A stretch of 60,164 nt of DNA from an uncultured Gemmatimonadaceae bacterium (GTDB taxonomy: Bacteria > Latescibacterota > UBA2968 > UBA8231), in the NCBI GenBank assembly GCA_937919035.1, contig CALFPI010000259.1, forward strand, positions 1 to 60,164, written 5' to 3'. A program made the position numbers and the translations under genes. The notes under the pieces were generated by a model. It ran no database searches. It saw only the letters and a program-made list of their open reading frames with translations, and was not told the DNA's origin. Shown piece after piece: positions 26,382 to 35,452 of this stretch. Every line of letters starts with the position of its first letter. The first letter of the stretch is position 1.

Positions 26382-27070
26382 TGATGACCCGGGTCGCTCT
26401 GCTGCTGGTTGCACTGCTCGGGACAACGCTGGGCGCTGCGGGGGCCCAGGGCCCACCCGCAGCCACAGCAGGCGGGTCGATCACCGGTGTCGTCTCCCTG
26501 AACCTGCCGCAGCGGACCGAGCGGCCGCCGCGATACTATCGTGGCTCCTATCGGGCCTCTCATGACGGTGACCCGGCGCCGCTGCCAACGGCCAGTGTTG
26601 TCATCTACGTGGACAATCTGCCATCGCCGCCGGGGGGTTGGCCGATGCCCGTCGAAGCGCTACAGATGCGCCAACATCATGACCGCTTCGTGCCGCACGT
26701 GCTACCCGTGCTGCCGGGCCAGGTGGTGTCCTTCCCGAACGAGGACAATTACTTCCACAACGTGTTCTCTGTGGTCGCCGGCGATCGTTTTGACCTGGGA
26801 CGCTACGGTCAGGGCGACACGCGTCTGCAGTCCTTCGAGGATCCTGCCGTCGTTGTGGTGCGATGCGAGATTCACGCCGGTATGAAGGCCTTCATTCTGG
26901 TGCGAGACAATCCGTGGTTCACCGTACCCGATGCGGACGGGCGTTACACTTTGCATGATGTGCCGACCGGCACTTGGACCCTCGTGGGTTGGCACCCCTC
27001 GCGCGCCAGCCAGCGCCGCACGATCTCCGTGCGACCTGACGAACCGGTCATCCTCGACTTCTCATTCTGA
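26381..27070 (+). CDS. Secreted cupredoxin with type-1 copper ligands + CarboxypepD_reg-like domain
   Basis: Signal peptide MMTRVALLLVALLGTTLGAAGA. Ligand pattern is YFHNVFS ... RCEIHAGM (H, then C-x2-H-x2-M). The C-terminus reads VPDADGRYTLHDVPTGTWTLVGWH. The ATG overlaps the upstream stop. Confidence 0.6.
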   Translation: MMTRVALLLVALLGTTLGAAGAQGPPAATAGGSITGVVSLNLPQRTERPPRYYRGSYRASHDGDPAPLPTASVVIYVDNLPSPPGGWPMPVEALQMRQHHDRFVPHVLPVLPGQVVSFPNEDNYFHNVFSVVAGDRFDLGRYGQGDTRLQSFEDPAVVVVRCEIHAGMKAFILVRDNPWFTVPDADGRYTLHDVPTGTWTLVGWHPSRASQRRTISVRPDEPVILDFSF

Positions 27071-30039
27071 TGCCGCCGCCGACCCGACCCCGACGTGGCT
27101 ACTCGCTGCGCGATCGGCTGTTGCTGCTGACCCTGGGGATCGTCGTCGTCCTCGTCGGGCTGACGCTGGGCATTATCGATGCCTTCATTCGCCAGCAGGT
27201 CCGGCGGCAAGTAGCCGAGGAACTGGTGACAACGGGCGCCGTTTTCGAACGCTTCCTCGATCTGCGCGCCGGTTGGATGCGAGGGCAGAGTCAGGTCGTT
27301 GCCGAGGACCCTCGATTCTCGGCGACGCTGGATCTGCCCGATGCCGATCCAGGGGCCCTGGCTCGTACCGTTCTCGGCGAGGCCAGGCGCTTCCAGAGCA
27401 TCCTTGGGAGCGAGTTGTTTATCGCCACCGATGCACATGGAATCGCTCTGGCGGAATTGACCCTGTCGCGAGCTGAGCGTGTGGCAGGGCGTCGGACCGA
27501 AGCGGGGCGCTTGTTGTGGACGATCGGAGAGGCTGACTTTGTCGTCACCTCGACCCAGGTGGGCAGTCTCATGGTCGCGGTTGGCGTCGTTGCCGGTGGC
27601 CGGGAACAACTGCCGGATGCGGCGGAACTGGCGGCGACAGCGGTGGATATAGAACTGGTGCGCCGTCTGCGAAGGCAGGGGGCAGCCAGGGATGTTACGG
27701 CCCAGCTACAGAGCTTGTTCGTCACCGATCTGGCGGCGATCATCGACGACGACGGGCAGATGATCGACATGATCGTGCGCCACATCGGCAGTGGGCGGGA
27801 CCTGTCCGACTGGCCGTCGATTCGGTCGGGATTGCGGGGCCAGCCATCGGCGGGACTGCGCATCGAAGGCCGGCGTCTGTTCCACGTTGATGTTGTGCCC
27901 ATCTGGTCGCCTGATCGTCTCGTCGGCACGTTGACGACGGGGTTCGAAATCGATGACGACCTGGCCGGGGAGCTGCGCGACATGACGCACAGTCATGTCA
28001 GTTTCTTTGATCATCAGGGGCAACTCGTCGCCTCGACGTGGATGGGCGCGACACGACAGGCCCTCGAGACCCAGCAGCACGATGCTGTGGGCCCGGGCCT
28101 GCCCTTCGAGATCGTTGCCGAGGGCGAAACCTACCTGAGCCGATCGCAACAGTTCGGCCAGCTGCTGGACGGCAACCAGCAACAGGAGGGCGTTCGCGGC
28201 ACCTATCTCATCCAACGTTCCCTCGACAGCGCCTCCGCCTTTCTGGACATGCTGGAGGAGGTGTTGCTGGGCGTCGGCGGGCTGATCCTGGGGTTGGCGG
28301 CAGCGCTGAGTTTCATCGGTGCACGCCGTATCACGCGCCCCGTGGGGGCTCTGGTGGAGGGCACCCGGCGGCTGGCTGCCGGAGACCTGCAGCATCGGAT
28401 CGTGTCGCAGTCGCACTCGGAACTGGGACAGCTGGCAGAGTCATTCAATGACATGGCCGGTGCCCTGCACCGGTCGCGAGAGGCGCTGGAGGAGTCGGAG
28501 AGCGCCTATCGCGACCTGTTCGACAACGCCCAGGATCTGGTCTTCACCGCCGACCTCGAACACCGGATCCTCACCGTCAACAAGGCGGGTCTCGCCTTTC
28601 TGGGGTACGAACTCGAAGAACTGCGGGGCCGCAGCTTATTCGACCTGGTGGCACCGGCGCAGCGTCAACGGGTCCGCGAAACCATGGAGAGCGTGCCATC
28701 CGGTGCGGCGCGGCCGCTGGTGGAGGCGGCGCTGCTGCTGCACCAGGATGCAAACGAGACCGCTGAGGCGACCTTTGAAATGGTCTCTCGCTGGATTGTT
28801 GCCGGTGGCGCCCCCGTCGGCATCCATGCCATCGGCCGTGACGTCACCCAGCGCCGTGAGCGCGAGCGGGCGACAATCCGTTTTCGTGAACAACTGGCGC
28901 AGGCAGAAAAGCTGCGGGCCCTCGGCGAAATGGCCGCGGGCGTGGCGCACAACTTCAACAATCTGCTCACTGTGGTTGTGGGCAACGCCGAGTTGATTTC
29001 GTTGCACGAGGACGTACCGGAACCGATTCGCAGAGACACGCAACGCATTCTCGAATCGGCACGGCGCTGCTCGGCCATCGTCCGCCGCATCCAGACCTTC
29101 GGGCGGCCCATCGACATGGCCGATATCAGCCAGGTCGACCTGTGCCAGGTCGCCCGGGACATCGTTGATATTACCAGCCCGAAGTGGCGGACGGGACCGG
29201 AACTGGCGGGCCGCTCCGTCACGGTGGAACTCGACCTGGAGAGGGTGCCACCCATCCTGTCGCAGGGCTCGGCTTGGGAGGAGATCCTCTCCAATCTGAT
29301 CTTCAATGCGGTGGATGCCATGCCCGAGGGCGGCACCATCACGCTGAGCACGCGATACGAGCCTGACACGGTGACCATTCGCGTGATCGACACCGGCACC
29401 GGCATGAACGAAGAGACGCGACGACGCATCTTCGAGCCCTTCTTCTCCACCAAGGAAGAAACGGCAGGTACCGGCCTGGGCCTCAGTACCGTGTGGGGCC
29501 TGATCAGCACACTCGGCGGCACCATTGCCGTCGATAGCACACAAGGCGTGGGGACGACATTCACCATGCAGATGCCCGTGGCGGCAACCGGCAACCCCGC
29601 CGAGGAAAGACGAACAACGACAGCGGCCTCTACGCGCCGGCTGCGGATCCTCGTGGTGGATGATGAACCCCGCGTACTGGAGCTGCTGCCACCGATTCTG
29701 GCGGGTCACACGGTCGACACGGCCGCCCATGGCGGCGAAGGGCTGCGACGGCTCGCCGAGGCGGAATACGACATTGTGGTGAGTGACTGGGTCATGGCAG
29801 AGGCGTCGGGACTGGAAGTGGCAGCCGAAGCGAGATCGCGCAACCAGAATACCGTGACCGTGCTGATGACGGGTTGGGACCCGGGGGACAGCGCCCGCCA
29901 GCAAGAGGCCGTCGATCTGCGGTTGGCCAAACCCTTTGAGCGCGAAGATGTGGAACGCGTGTTGCACGAAGCTGTCGCCCTCTGGCAGCAACGGCAGCAT
30001 GCCTCTCAGACCGTTGGCGGTTCCGTGGATATCTCGTAA
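27070..30039 (+). CDS. Hybrid sensor histidine kinase (periplasmic sensor, HAMP, PAS, HisKA, HATPase_c, receiver)
   Basis: Two TM segments bracket a roughly 350-aa periplasmic region. H-box GVAHNFNNLL, G boxes DTGTGM/GTGLGLS, and a C-terminal receiver ILVVDDEP. The ATG overlaps the upstream stop (TGATG). Confidence 0.9.
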   Translation: MPPPTRPRRGYSLRDRLLLLTLGIVVVLVGLTLGIIDAFIRQQVRRQVAEELVTTGAVFERFLDLRAGWMRGQSQVVAEDPRFSATLDLPDADPGALARTVLGEARRFQSILGSELFIATDAHGIALAELTLSRAERVAGRRTEAGRLLWTIGEADFVVTSTQVGSLMVAVGVVAGGREQLPDAAELAATAVDIELVRRLRRQGAARDVTAQLQSLFVTDLAAIIDDDGQMIDMIVRHIGSGRDLSDWPSIRSGLRGQPSAGLRIEGRRLFHVDVVPIWSPDRLVGTLTTGFEIDDDLAGELRDMTHSHVSFFDHQGQLVASTWMGATRQALETQQHDAVGPGLPFEIVAEGETYLSRSQQFGQLLDGNQQQEGVRGTYLIQRSLDSASAFLDMLEEVLLGVGGLILGLAAALSFIGARRITRPVGALVEGTRRLAAGDLQHRIVSQSHSELGQLAESFNDMAGALHRSREALEESESAYRDLFDNAQDLVFTADLEHRILTVNKAGLAFLGYELEELRGRSLFDLVAPAQRQRVRETMESVPSGAARPLVEAALLLHQDANETAEATFEMVSRWIVAGGAPVGIHAIGRDVTQRRERERATIRFREQLAQAEKLRALGEMAAGVAHNFNNLLTVVVGNAELISLHEDVPEPIRRDTQRILESARRCSAIVRRIQTFGRPIDMADISQVDLCQVARDIVDITSPKWRTGPELAGRSVTVELDLERVPPILSQGSAWEEILSNLIFNAVDAMPEGGTITLSTRYEPDTVTIRVIDTGTGMNEETRRRIFEPFFSTKEETAGTGLGLSTVWGLISTLGGTIAVDSTQGVGTTFTMQMPVAATGNPAEERRTTTAASTRRLRILVVDDEPRVLELLPPILAGHTVDTAAHGGEGLRRLAEAEYDIVVSDWVMAEASGLEVAAEARSRNQNTVTVLMTGWDPGDSARQQEAVDLRLAKPFEREDVERVLHEAVALWQQRQHASQTVGGSVDIS

Positions 30040-30647
30040 TGTGCCAGCGGCAGCAGGTGCTGGCGCAGTGCATCGAGAGGAAACGCCGGGCCCGGGTCAT
30101 CCTTCCGTTGGGGCGAGATCTCTTCGTGGCCCAGGATCCAACGCATGTCGTAGGTATCGGTCAGCAGTCGACTCAGATCGTGGACCACGTCCAGCTGCAC
30201 CTGCGGGTAGCGGTGCCACCACGACGGTTGGCTCTCGTTGCGATGGATGGCCACAATCGCCTCGCCGGCGGGGAACGGCTGCCCCTTCCAGTTGACGAAG
30301 TGATCGCCCTCCGGCTGCAGGCGACCGGCGTTGTCGATCTCCAGGCCAAGGCTGAAATTGTTGAATCCCGTGCGCCCACCCCAGGCGGAGTTGCCAGCGT
30401 GCCAGGCGATCGTATCGAAGGGCAACAGTTGCGTGATCCCGCCATCGCGAGCCACAACCAGATGCGCCGATACACGAGCACCGGGCGTCGGATCGCAGAG
30501 TTTCTCGATCGCCCAGCCTGCGCTTGCACCGGCAGTAAAGTGCACGATCAGCGTATCGGGGGTGCCGGCGACGAAGAGGCCGCCTTGATTGGGCGACGGG
30601 GAATGGACGATGTCTTCACCCACGAGACGATGGCTGTCGATGTGCAT
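30006..30647 (-). CDS. N-acetylmuramoyl-L-alanine amidase (AmpD / Amidase_2 family)
   Basis: VSAHLVVARDGGITQLLPFDTIAWHAGNSAW...NNFSLGLEIDNAG is the Amidase_2/PGRP pattern. Confidence 0.75.
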   Translation of the reverse strand: MHIDSHRLVGEDIVHSPSPNQGGLFVAGTPDTLIVHFTAGASAGWAIEKLCDPTPGARVSAHLVVARDGGITQLLPFDTIAWHAGNSAWGGRTGFNNFSLGLEIDNAGRLQPEGDHFVNWKGQPFPAGEAIVAIHRNESQPSWWHRYPQVQLDVVHDLSRLLTDTYDMRWILGHEEISPQRKDDPGPAFPLDALRQHLLPLAHYEISTEPPTV

Positions 30648-30667
30648 GGATCGAATATAGGGGTGTG

Positions 30668-31255
30668 ATGGAAGCTGGACAGATCGCGCCGCCGGCGCAC
30701 GAACTGCAATTCAACGCACACCTGCGTGGTCGCGAATTCCATTTCACGACCACCTGGGGACTGTTCCATCCGAAGGGGATCGATGCAGGTACCGCCCTGC
30801 TGCTGGATCGTCTTGTGGTCAACGATGATGCCACTTGTCTGGATCTGGGCTGTGGCTGGGGTCCCATCGGTCTGACGCTGGCCCATCTGGCCCCCGGGGG
30901 TCAGGTGCATATGGTCGATAAGGATTTTGTCGCCGTGGACTACGCCCAACGCAATGCCGCCGCCAATGGCTGCGCCAATGCCCGGGCCTATCTCTCCAAC
31001 GGCTTCAGCCATGTACCGGCAACGCAGAGCTTTGATCTTGTGGTGTCCAATATTCCGGCCAAAGTCGGCGGCGAATTGCTCCAGTACTGGATCACGGAAA
31101 CCCATCGTCGCCTGCACCCGGGCGGTGCCATCTGGGTCGTGACCGTCGCTGGCCTGAAGGACTATATGAAGCGTGTGCTGCGCGAGACTTTCGGCAACCA
31201 CCGCAAAGTCAAGCAGAGCGGCACACATGTGGTGACTATGGCCATTCGGTCGTAG
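30668..31255 (+). CDS. Class I SAM-dependent methyltransferase (RsmC/RsmD-like small MTase domain)
   Basis: SAM motif I is CLDLGCGWGPIG. NIPAKVG sits at the NPPF position. GTG 30665 is an alternative start. Confidence 0.65.
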   Translation: MEAGQIAPPAHELQFNAHLRGREFHFTTTWGLFHPKGIDAGTALLLDRLVVNDDATCLDLGCGWGPIGLTLAHLAPGGQVHMVDKDFVAVDYAQRNAAANGCANARAYLSNGFSHVPATQSFDLVVSNIPAKVGGELLQYWITETHRRLHPGGAIWVVTVAGLKDYMKRVLRETFGNHRKVKQSGTHVVTMAIRS

Positions 31256-31265
31256 CTGCGCCGGG

Positions 31266-31784
31266 CTACTCGTCGAGCCCCAGGATGTCGATTTCGGTGA
31301 GCAGATTCGTCACTTCGTCGTAGAGCGCGGCGAACAGGCGGGCACCAAAAACCATCAGTTCGCCGGGAGCCTCGCCCTCGCCATTGATGCGCGCCGCCAG
31401 GGCGATGCCCAGTTGCCTGGCCAATCCACCTTGACCGGGTGCCACATCGCCGACAACGGCGGCGTAGGCCTGCAGGCGTTCCTCCAGGGCCGCGCGGGCG
31501 CCCTCCACCTCCTGGTCCAGACGCTGCCAGTGCTCGTAGTAGAGCGCCAGGATCTGGTCCTTCGCCGGGGTGTCACCGAGGCTCATGAGAACAGCGAAGT
31601 CGACGGCGAAAGCCCGCAGGTAGAGTAGCTCTTCGGCGATGGCCTCGGGCCCAACGTTCAGCGCCATGGCCAGTAGACCCACTGCCTGTTGTTCGCCTGG
31701 ACCAGGGACACAGACACACTCGACCAGCAACGCCGACAGTTCGATAGCCGTCGCCTGCCTCCGCGTGGTACGATCCTGATTCAT
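31266..31784 (-). CDS. Hypothetical protein (helical, 172 aa)
   Basis: Clean ORF with coding-like composition. No family recognised. Confidence 0.5.
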   Translation of the reverse strand: MNQDRTTRRQATAIELSALLVECVCVPGPGEQQAVGLLAMALNVGPEAIAEELLYLRAFAVDFAVLMSLGDTPAKDQILALYYEHWQRLDQEVEGARAALEERLQAYAAVVGDVAPGQGGLARQLGIALAARINGEGEAPGELMVFGARLFAALYDEVTNLLTEIDILGLDE

Positions 31785-31856
31785 GCGTTGCTCCTTGGCG
31801 GGGGATCGGCTATCCTAGCCAATATTTGCAGCCTTGCCTCCGATTGCAGGATATCC

Positions 31857-32255
31857 GTGTCCGAGTTTCTGTCCGGCAGCGACTTCATTTCGATTCTCTT
31901 CAGCGCTGAAGTTCTGTTCAGCGCGATCTTCACGTTGTCGTTGTTCATCGGTGTACATGCCCTGCTCACCTTCATGCGACAGAGCACCGCCCTGTACACC
32001 CGCCTGGCACAGATCGAGGCGGAACTCAACGTTCTGCAGGCCAGCATTCCGGGCAAGCTCGAACGCATCCGCGCCATGCGCGAGGATCTGGCGCCCCTGA
32101 AAGAAGACTTCAAGAGGATCCAGGGATATTACTCGCGTCTGCAGCACGTTCAACGGCGTGCAATGGACGAAGAGGTGGCAAAGGAACAGGAGGAGGAGAT
32201 CGACAAAGAGAAGCAGATTCTGCGACAGAGATTGGGTCTGGACCGCTTCATCTGA
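31857..32255 (+). CDS. Hypothetical membrane-anchored coiled-coil protein
   Basis: A GTG start is proposed at 31857, because the ORF-track start overlaps the divergent gene. One TM segment (ISILFSAEVLFSAIFTLSLFIGVHALL) is followed by a charged coiled coil. GC is lower than the surroundings. Confidence 0.4.
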   Translation: MSEFLSGSDFISILFSAEVLFSAIFTLSLFIGVHALLTFMRQSTALYTRLAQIEAELNVLQASIPGKLERIRAMREDLAPLKEDFKRIQGYYSRLQHVQRRAMDEEVAKEQEEEIDKEKQILRQRLGLDRFI

Positions 32256-32259
32256 CGGC

Positions 32260-32916
32260 TTAGAACACGAGACCGGAGCCGAGGTCGGCGACGATCTCTC
32301 CGGCTTCCTGTTCGACGAAGCCATCGCTGAACACCAGGCTTTCGAGGTAGTAGATACGCTCCCAGCCCATGGGTGTGTGTACCAGGAACCGCAGCCTGGC
32401 GCCGCCATCGTCGTCAAATCTGGCCTGCGGTCCGAAGTACTCCGGCCGTTTGACTTCGGTCGCCTTGTCCGCCTGGGCCACGACGGCGTCGAAGGCCGTC
32501 GCATCGAAGATGGGCGTCGATTCCAACCAGTCGGCCGCGTGCCGGCTCAATCGCAACGACCACAGCTCGATGACAAAAAAAGCATATTCGAACAGTCCCT
32601 GGGGCGTCTTGTCATATTCAAGATACTGGTACAGTTGCTCGACCAGATCATCCCGTTGGATCTCTTCGTCAAACAGGGGCACCCACGAATCGTCACTTGC
32701 GGGTCGCACGTATGGTCGAATGGGCTGGATGATTCCGGTTGCCGTCGTCTCCTGGGAAAAGTCCAGGAGATAACCGTCGCGCACGTGGACATCGGGGAAC
32801 AACGACAACAGGGCAGCCGCTTCTTCCGCCGGCTCGGGCCGGCCGTCGCGTTCGCGAAAATCGACAACCCGGGCGAGGAGGTCGACTGCGGCATCGCTGG
32901 CTATCCGTTCAAACAT
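32260..32916 (-). CDS. Hypothetical acidic protein (218 aa)
   Basis: Clean ORF. No family recognised. Confidence 0.5.
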   Translation of the reverse strand: MFERIASDAAVDLLARVVDFRERDGRPEPAEEAAALLSLFPDVHVRDGYLLDFSQETTATGIIQPIRPYVRPASDDSWVPLFDEEIQRDDLVEQLYQYLEYDKTPQGLFEYAFFVIELWSLRLSRHAADWLESTPIFDATAFDAVVAQADKATEVKRPEYFGPQARFDDDGGARLRFLVHTPMGWERIYYLESLVFSDGFVEQEAGEIVADLGSGLVF

Positions 32917-32945
32917 ACAGTGGGCGAAGATAGGGTGGGGTCACG

Positions 32946-32974
32946 TTGACAACAAGCGCCCCCAGGGATAGGCT
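32946..32974 (+). promoter_or_regulatory. Candidate sigma70-type promoter (TTGACA-N17-TAGGCT)
   Basis: Perfect -35 hexamer, 17-nt spacer, and a -10 with T1, A2 and T6. It lies about 55 nt upstream of the PAS kinase ATG. Confidence 0.4.
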
Positions 32975-32991
32975 TGGCCCTTCCCAGACAG

Positions 32992-33031
32992 CCAGTTACG
33001 CCGAAGTGAGACCAGTTACGCCGAAGTGAGA
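32992..33031. repeat. 20-bp perfect tandem duplication (ccagttacgccgaagtgaga x2)
   Basis: The copies are at 32992..33011 and 33012..33031. The second copy ends on the A of the ATG at 33031. Confidence 0.95.
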
Positions 33032-34152
33032 TGATGACAGCTGAGCCCCAGGATCCTGCCCTCGAAGTGACCCAGTTGCGCGCCCGGATCGCCGAACTGG
33101 AGAGCACAGAACTCCGGCAGCAGGAGACCATCGACGAACTTCGTCGGCGCACTGCCGACAGCGAAACGCGCTTTCGCAACGTTTTCGAGTATTCGAATGA
33201 CACCATCCTGCTGCTCGATCTCGACCATGATGAGATTCTCGATGTCAATGCCAGAGGCTGTCGGATCTTCGGCTACACCCACACGGAGTTACGGGCTCTG
33301 CCCGTCTCCAGCATCTTCCCCGGCGACATGGCACGCCTGCAGGCATTTGCTCTGTCCGTATTCGAGGATGGCTACGGGTGGATCGACGAAGTCAGATGTC
33401 AGACCCGTACGGGCGAGGCCCTGACAGCGGAAGTCTCCGCCTCGGAAGTCCCGCTGGGCTCCGCAAGGACCTGCATCCTCGTGTTGCTGCGCGACATCAC
33501 CGAGCGCAAGGCGGCCGATGTGCAGATCCGTGCGTCGCTGCTGGAAAAGGACGTGCTGCTGCGCGAAATTCACCACCGTGTGAAGAACAACCTGCAGGTG
33601 GTTACCAGCCTGTTCGACCTGCAGGCAGCGCGCACGCAGAATGCCGATATGCAGGCGATGTTGCGCGAGTGTCGCAACCGGGTTCGATCCATGTCAGCCA
33701 TCCACGAATCGCTCTATCGCGCCCACGATCTGAGTGGGGTTGACTTCCGCCTGTACGTCACCCAACTGGCGGAGGAACTGATCCGTTCCTTTGGTGCCAC
33801 CACGCGGGTGGCGCTGCAGATCGACATGGACGACGTCGTTCTCGACGTCGACCAGGCGATCCCTTGCGGGCTCATTGTCAACGAATTGCTGTCCAACGCG
33901 CTGAAGCACGCCTATCCGGACAATGGTCAGGGCCGTCTCATCATTGCCGTCTCCGTCGCCAAAGAGTTGTCGCTGCGCGTAGCCGACGATGGTGTCGGCC
34001 TGCCGCCGGAGTTGGATGTTGCTGCCTCCCCCTCGCTGGGGTTGCGGCTCGTGCACAGTCTTGTTCATCAGCTGCAGGGCCACATCGATGTGCAACGCAC
34101 CGATGGCACGACGTTTGTGGTGACCTTTCCCGTTCGCTGCGCCCGTGGGTGA
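33031..34152 (+). CDS. PAS-domain sensor histidine kinase, HisKA_2/HWE type
   Basis: N-terminal coiled coil and a PAS domain (FRNVFEYSNDTILLLD...). The H-box LLREIHHRVKNNLQVV is characteristic of HisKA_2. The ATPase region reads NELLSNALKHAY...DDGVGLP. Confidence 0.85.
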   Translation: MMTAEPQDPALEVTQLRARIAELESTELRQQETIDELRRRTADSETRFRNVFEYSNDTILLLDLDHDEILDVNARGCRIFGYTHTELRALPVSSIFPGDMARLQAFALSVFEDGYGWIDEVRCQTRTGEALTAEVSASEVPLGSARTCILVLLRDITERKAADVQIRASLLEKDVLLREIHHRVKNNLQVVTSLFDLQAARTQNADMQAMLRECRNRVRSMSAIHESLYRAHDLSGVDFRLYVTQLAEELIRSFGATTRVALQIDMDDVVLDVDQAIPCGLIVNELLSNALKHAYPDNGQGRLIIAVSVAKELSLRVADDGVGLPPELDVAASPSLGLRLVHSLVHQLQGHIDVQRTDGTTFVVTFPVRCARG

Positions 34153-34168
34153 GGCCGGCGACCCGGCC
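34153..34168. terminator. Short GC hairpin between convergent genes
   Basis: ggccgg-cgac-ccggcc. There is no clear U-tract. Confidence 0.25.
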
Positions 34169-34177
34169 ATGGCGTGT

Positions 34178-35341
34178 CTACAGCAGCGTCAACGCCTGAC
34201 GCGAGTTGGCGAAGGCCTGACTCAGCATAATGGTCGAGGTGTTGCTGAGAATCTCGTTGCGCGCCAGCTCACTTGCGGAACGAGCCATGTCAGCATCGCG
34301 TATCGTTGATTGTGAAGCCGTCATGTTCTCGATTTCATTCTCCGAAAACGCGATGGAGTGTGACAGTCGGTTCAGCAGGGCGCCCACCTTGCCACGCTCG
34401 GCCGATACCGAAGTGATGGCCTGATCGATCTTCGACAGAGCCGATCGTGCCCCCGATTGGCTGGACAGAGACACTTTGTCAAGATCCAGCAGGTTACCGG
34501 AGGCCCGCACGTCCGGCAGATCAAAGGCGATCTGGTCGGCAGCGCTGACGGTTGGCCCCACCTGGAAAGTGCCTCCCGAAGCTGCTTCCACGACAAGGGT
34601 CTGCCCATCGAGTTCACCCGCCTCGTAGGCGCCGGCCCCCTTGGTGCGACTGGCACCCACACCCGACAGGGCGACTTCGATGCCGATACGATCGAAGTTG
34701 GCAGTCACCTTGGTGCCGCCAGCGACACGGCCGCCATCCAGCAGCACCCCGGTGTCGATGGTCTGCGTCGTGACCCCATTGCCCAGACTCAGCAACTGAC
34801 CGCCGCCATCGTCGATAAAGGTGTACGTGCCTTGGTCGGCGCCGACGAGCGACACACCGACAACACCGGTGGTCGCCTTGTTCGCCATGGCCGTTGACGC
34901 TTCGACATCCACGTCGGTGAAACCGGCCAGCAGAATCCGATCGTTGTAGACCGTCGCCTGAGCCATGCGATCCAAAGCAGAACTGGCCTGATTGTACTCG
35001 CCGGTGAGGATCTCCCGTTGGCCGTCGGTGAGATGACCGTTGGCGGAGCGCATCGCCAGTACCCGCATGCGCTGCAGGATCGTCGTCGCCGTGCCAAGGG
35101 AGCCTTCGGCGACACGCAGAAGGTCCGTGGCCTGCTCCGAATTGCGCACATTCTGGCTCAGGCGCGTCAACTGGTCTCGCAGACCCTCTGCAACCGATAA
35201 ACCGGCAGCATCGTTTTCCGCCCGCCGGATGCGCAGCCCGGAACCAACCGTTTCAATCTCGCCGTCGTAACGTCCAGCCGTACGGGAAATGGATCTCCCC
35301 ACGTTGAGCGCCATGATATTGTTGTTCGTCGACAGAGGCAT
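34178..35341 (-). CDS. fliC: Flagellin
   Basis: Conserved N-terminus (SGLRIRRAENDAAGLSVAEGLRDQ...) and C-terminus (RDADMARSASELARNEILSNTSTIMLSQAFANSRQALTLL). A strong SD, AAGGAGGAGGTG, lies 8 nt upstream. Confidence 0.9.
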   Translation of the reverse strand: MPLSTNNNIMALNVGRSISRTAGRYDGEIETVGSGLRIRRAENDAAGLSVAEGLRDQLTRLSQNVRNSEQATDLLRVAEGSLGTATTILQRMRVLAMRSANGHLTDGQREILTGEYNQASSALDRMAQATVYNDRILLAGFTDVDVEASTAMANKATTGVVGVSLVGADQGTYTFIDDGGGQLLSLGNGVTTQTIDTGVLLDGGRVAGGTKVTANFDRIGIEVALSGVGASRTKGAGAYEAGELDGQTLVVEAASGGTFQVGPTVSAADQIAFDLPDVRASGNLLDLDKVSLSSQSGARSALSKIDQAITSVSAERGKVGALLNRLSHSIAFSENEIENMTASQSTIRDADMARSASELARNEILSNTSTIMLSQAFANSRQALTLL

Positions 35342-35452
35342 TCGGGGAGCACCTCCTCCTTACGACATGGTATTACGCTGTCCCACATAGACACTCGTAA
35401 TAGATGAAAAAACAACGACTTACGTCCGTTTGCGTTGGACGGTCCGCTCGAT

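Noticed and set aside
31785-32950. Calling the lower-GC patch a genomic island or mobile element.
   Set aside because: No integrase, no flanking direct repeats and no tRNA target. The compositional shift was judged only by eye, so it is reported as a finding to test rather than as a mobile-element feature.
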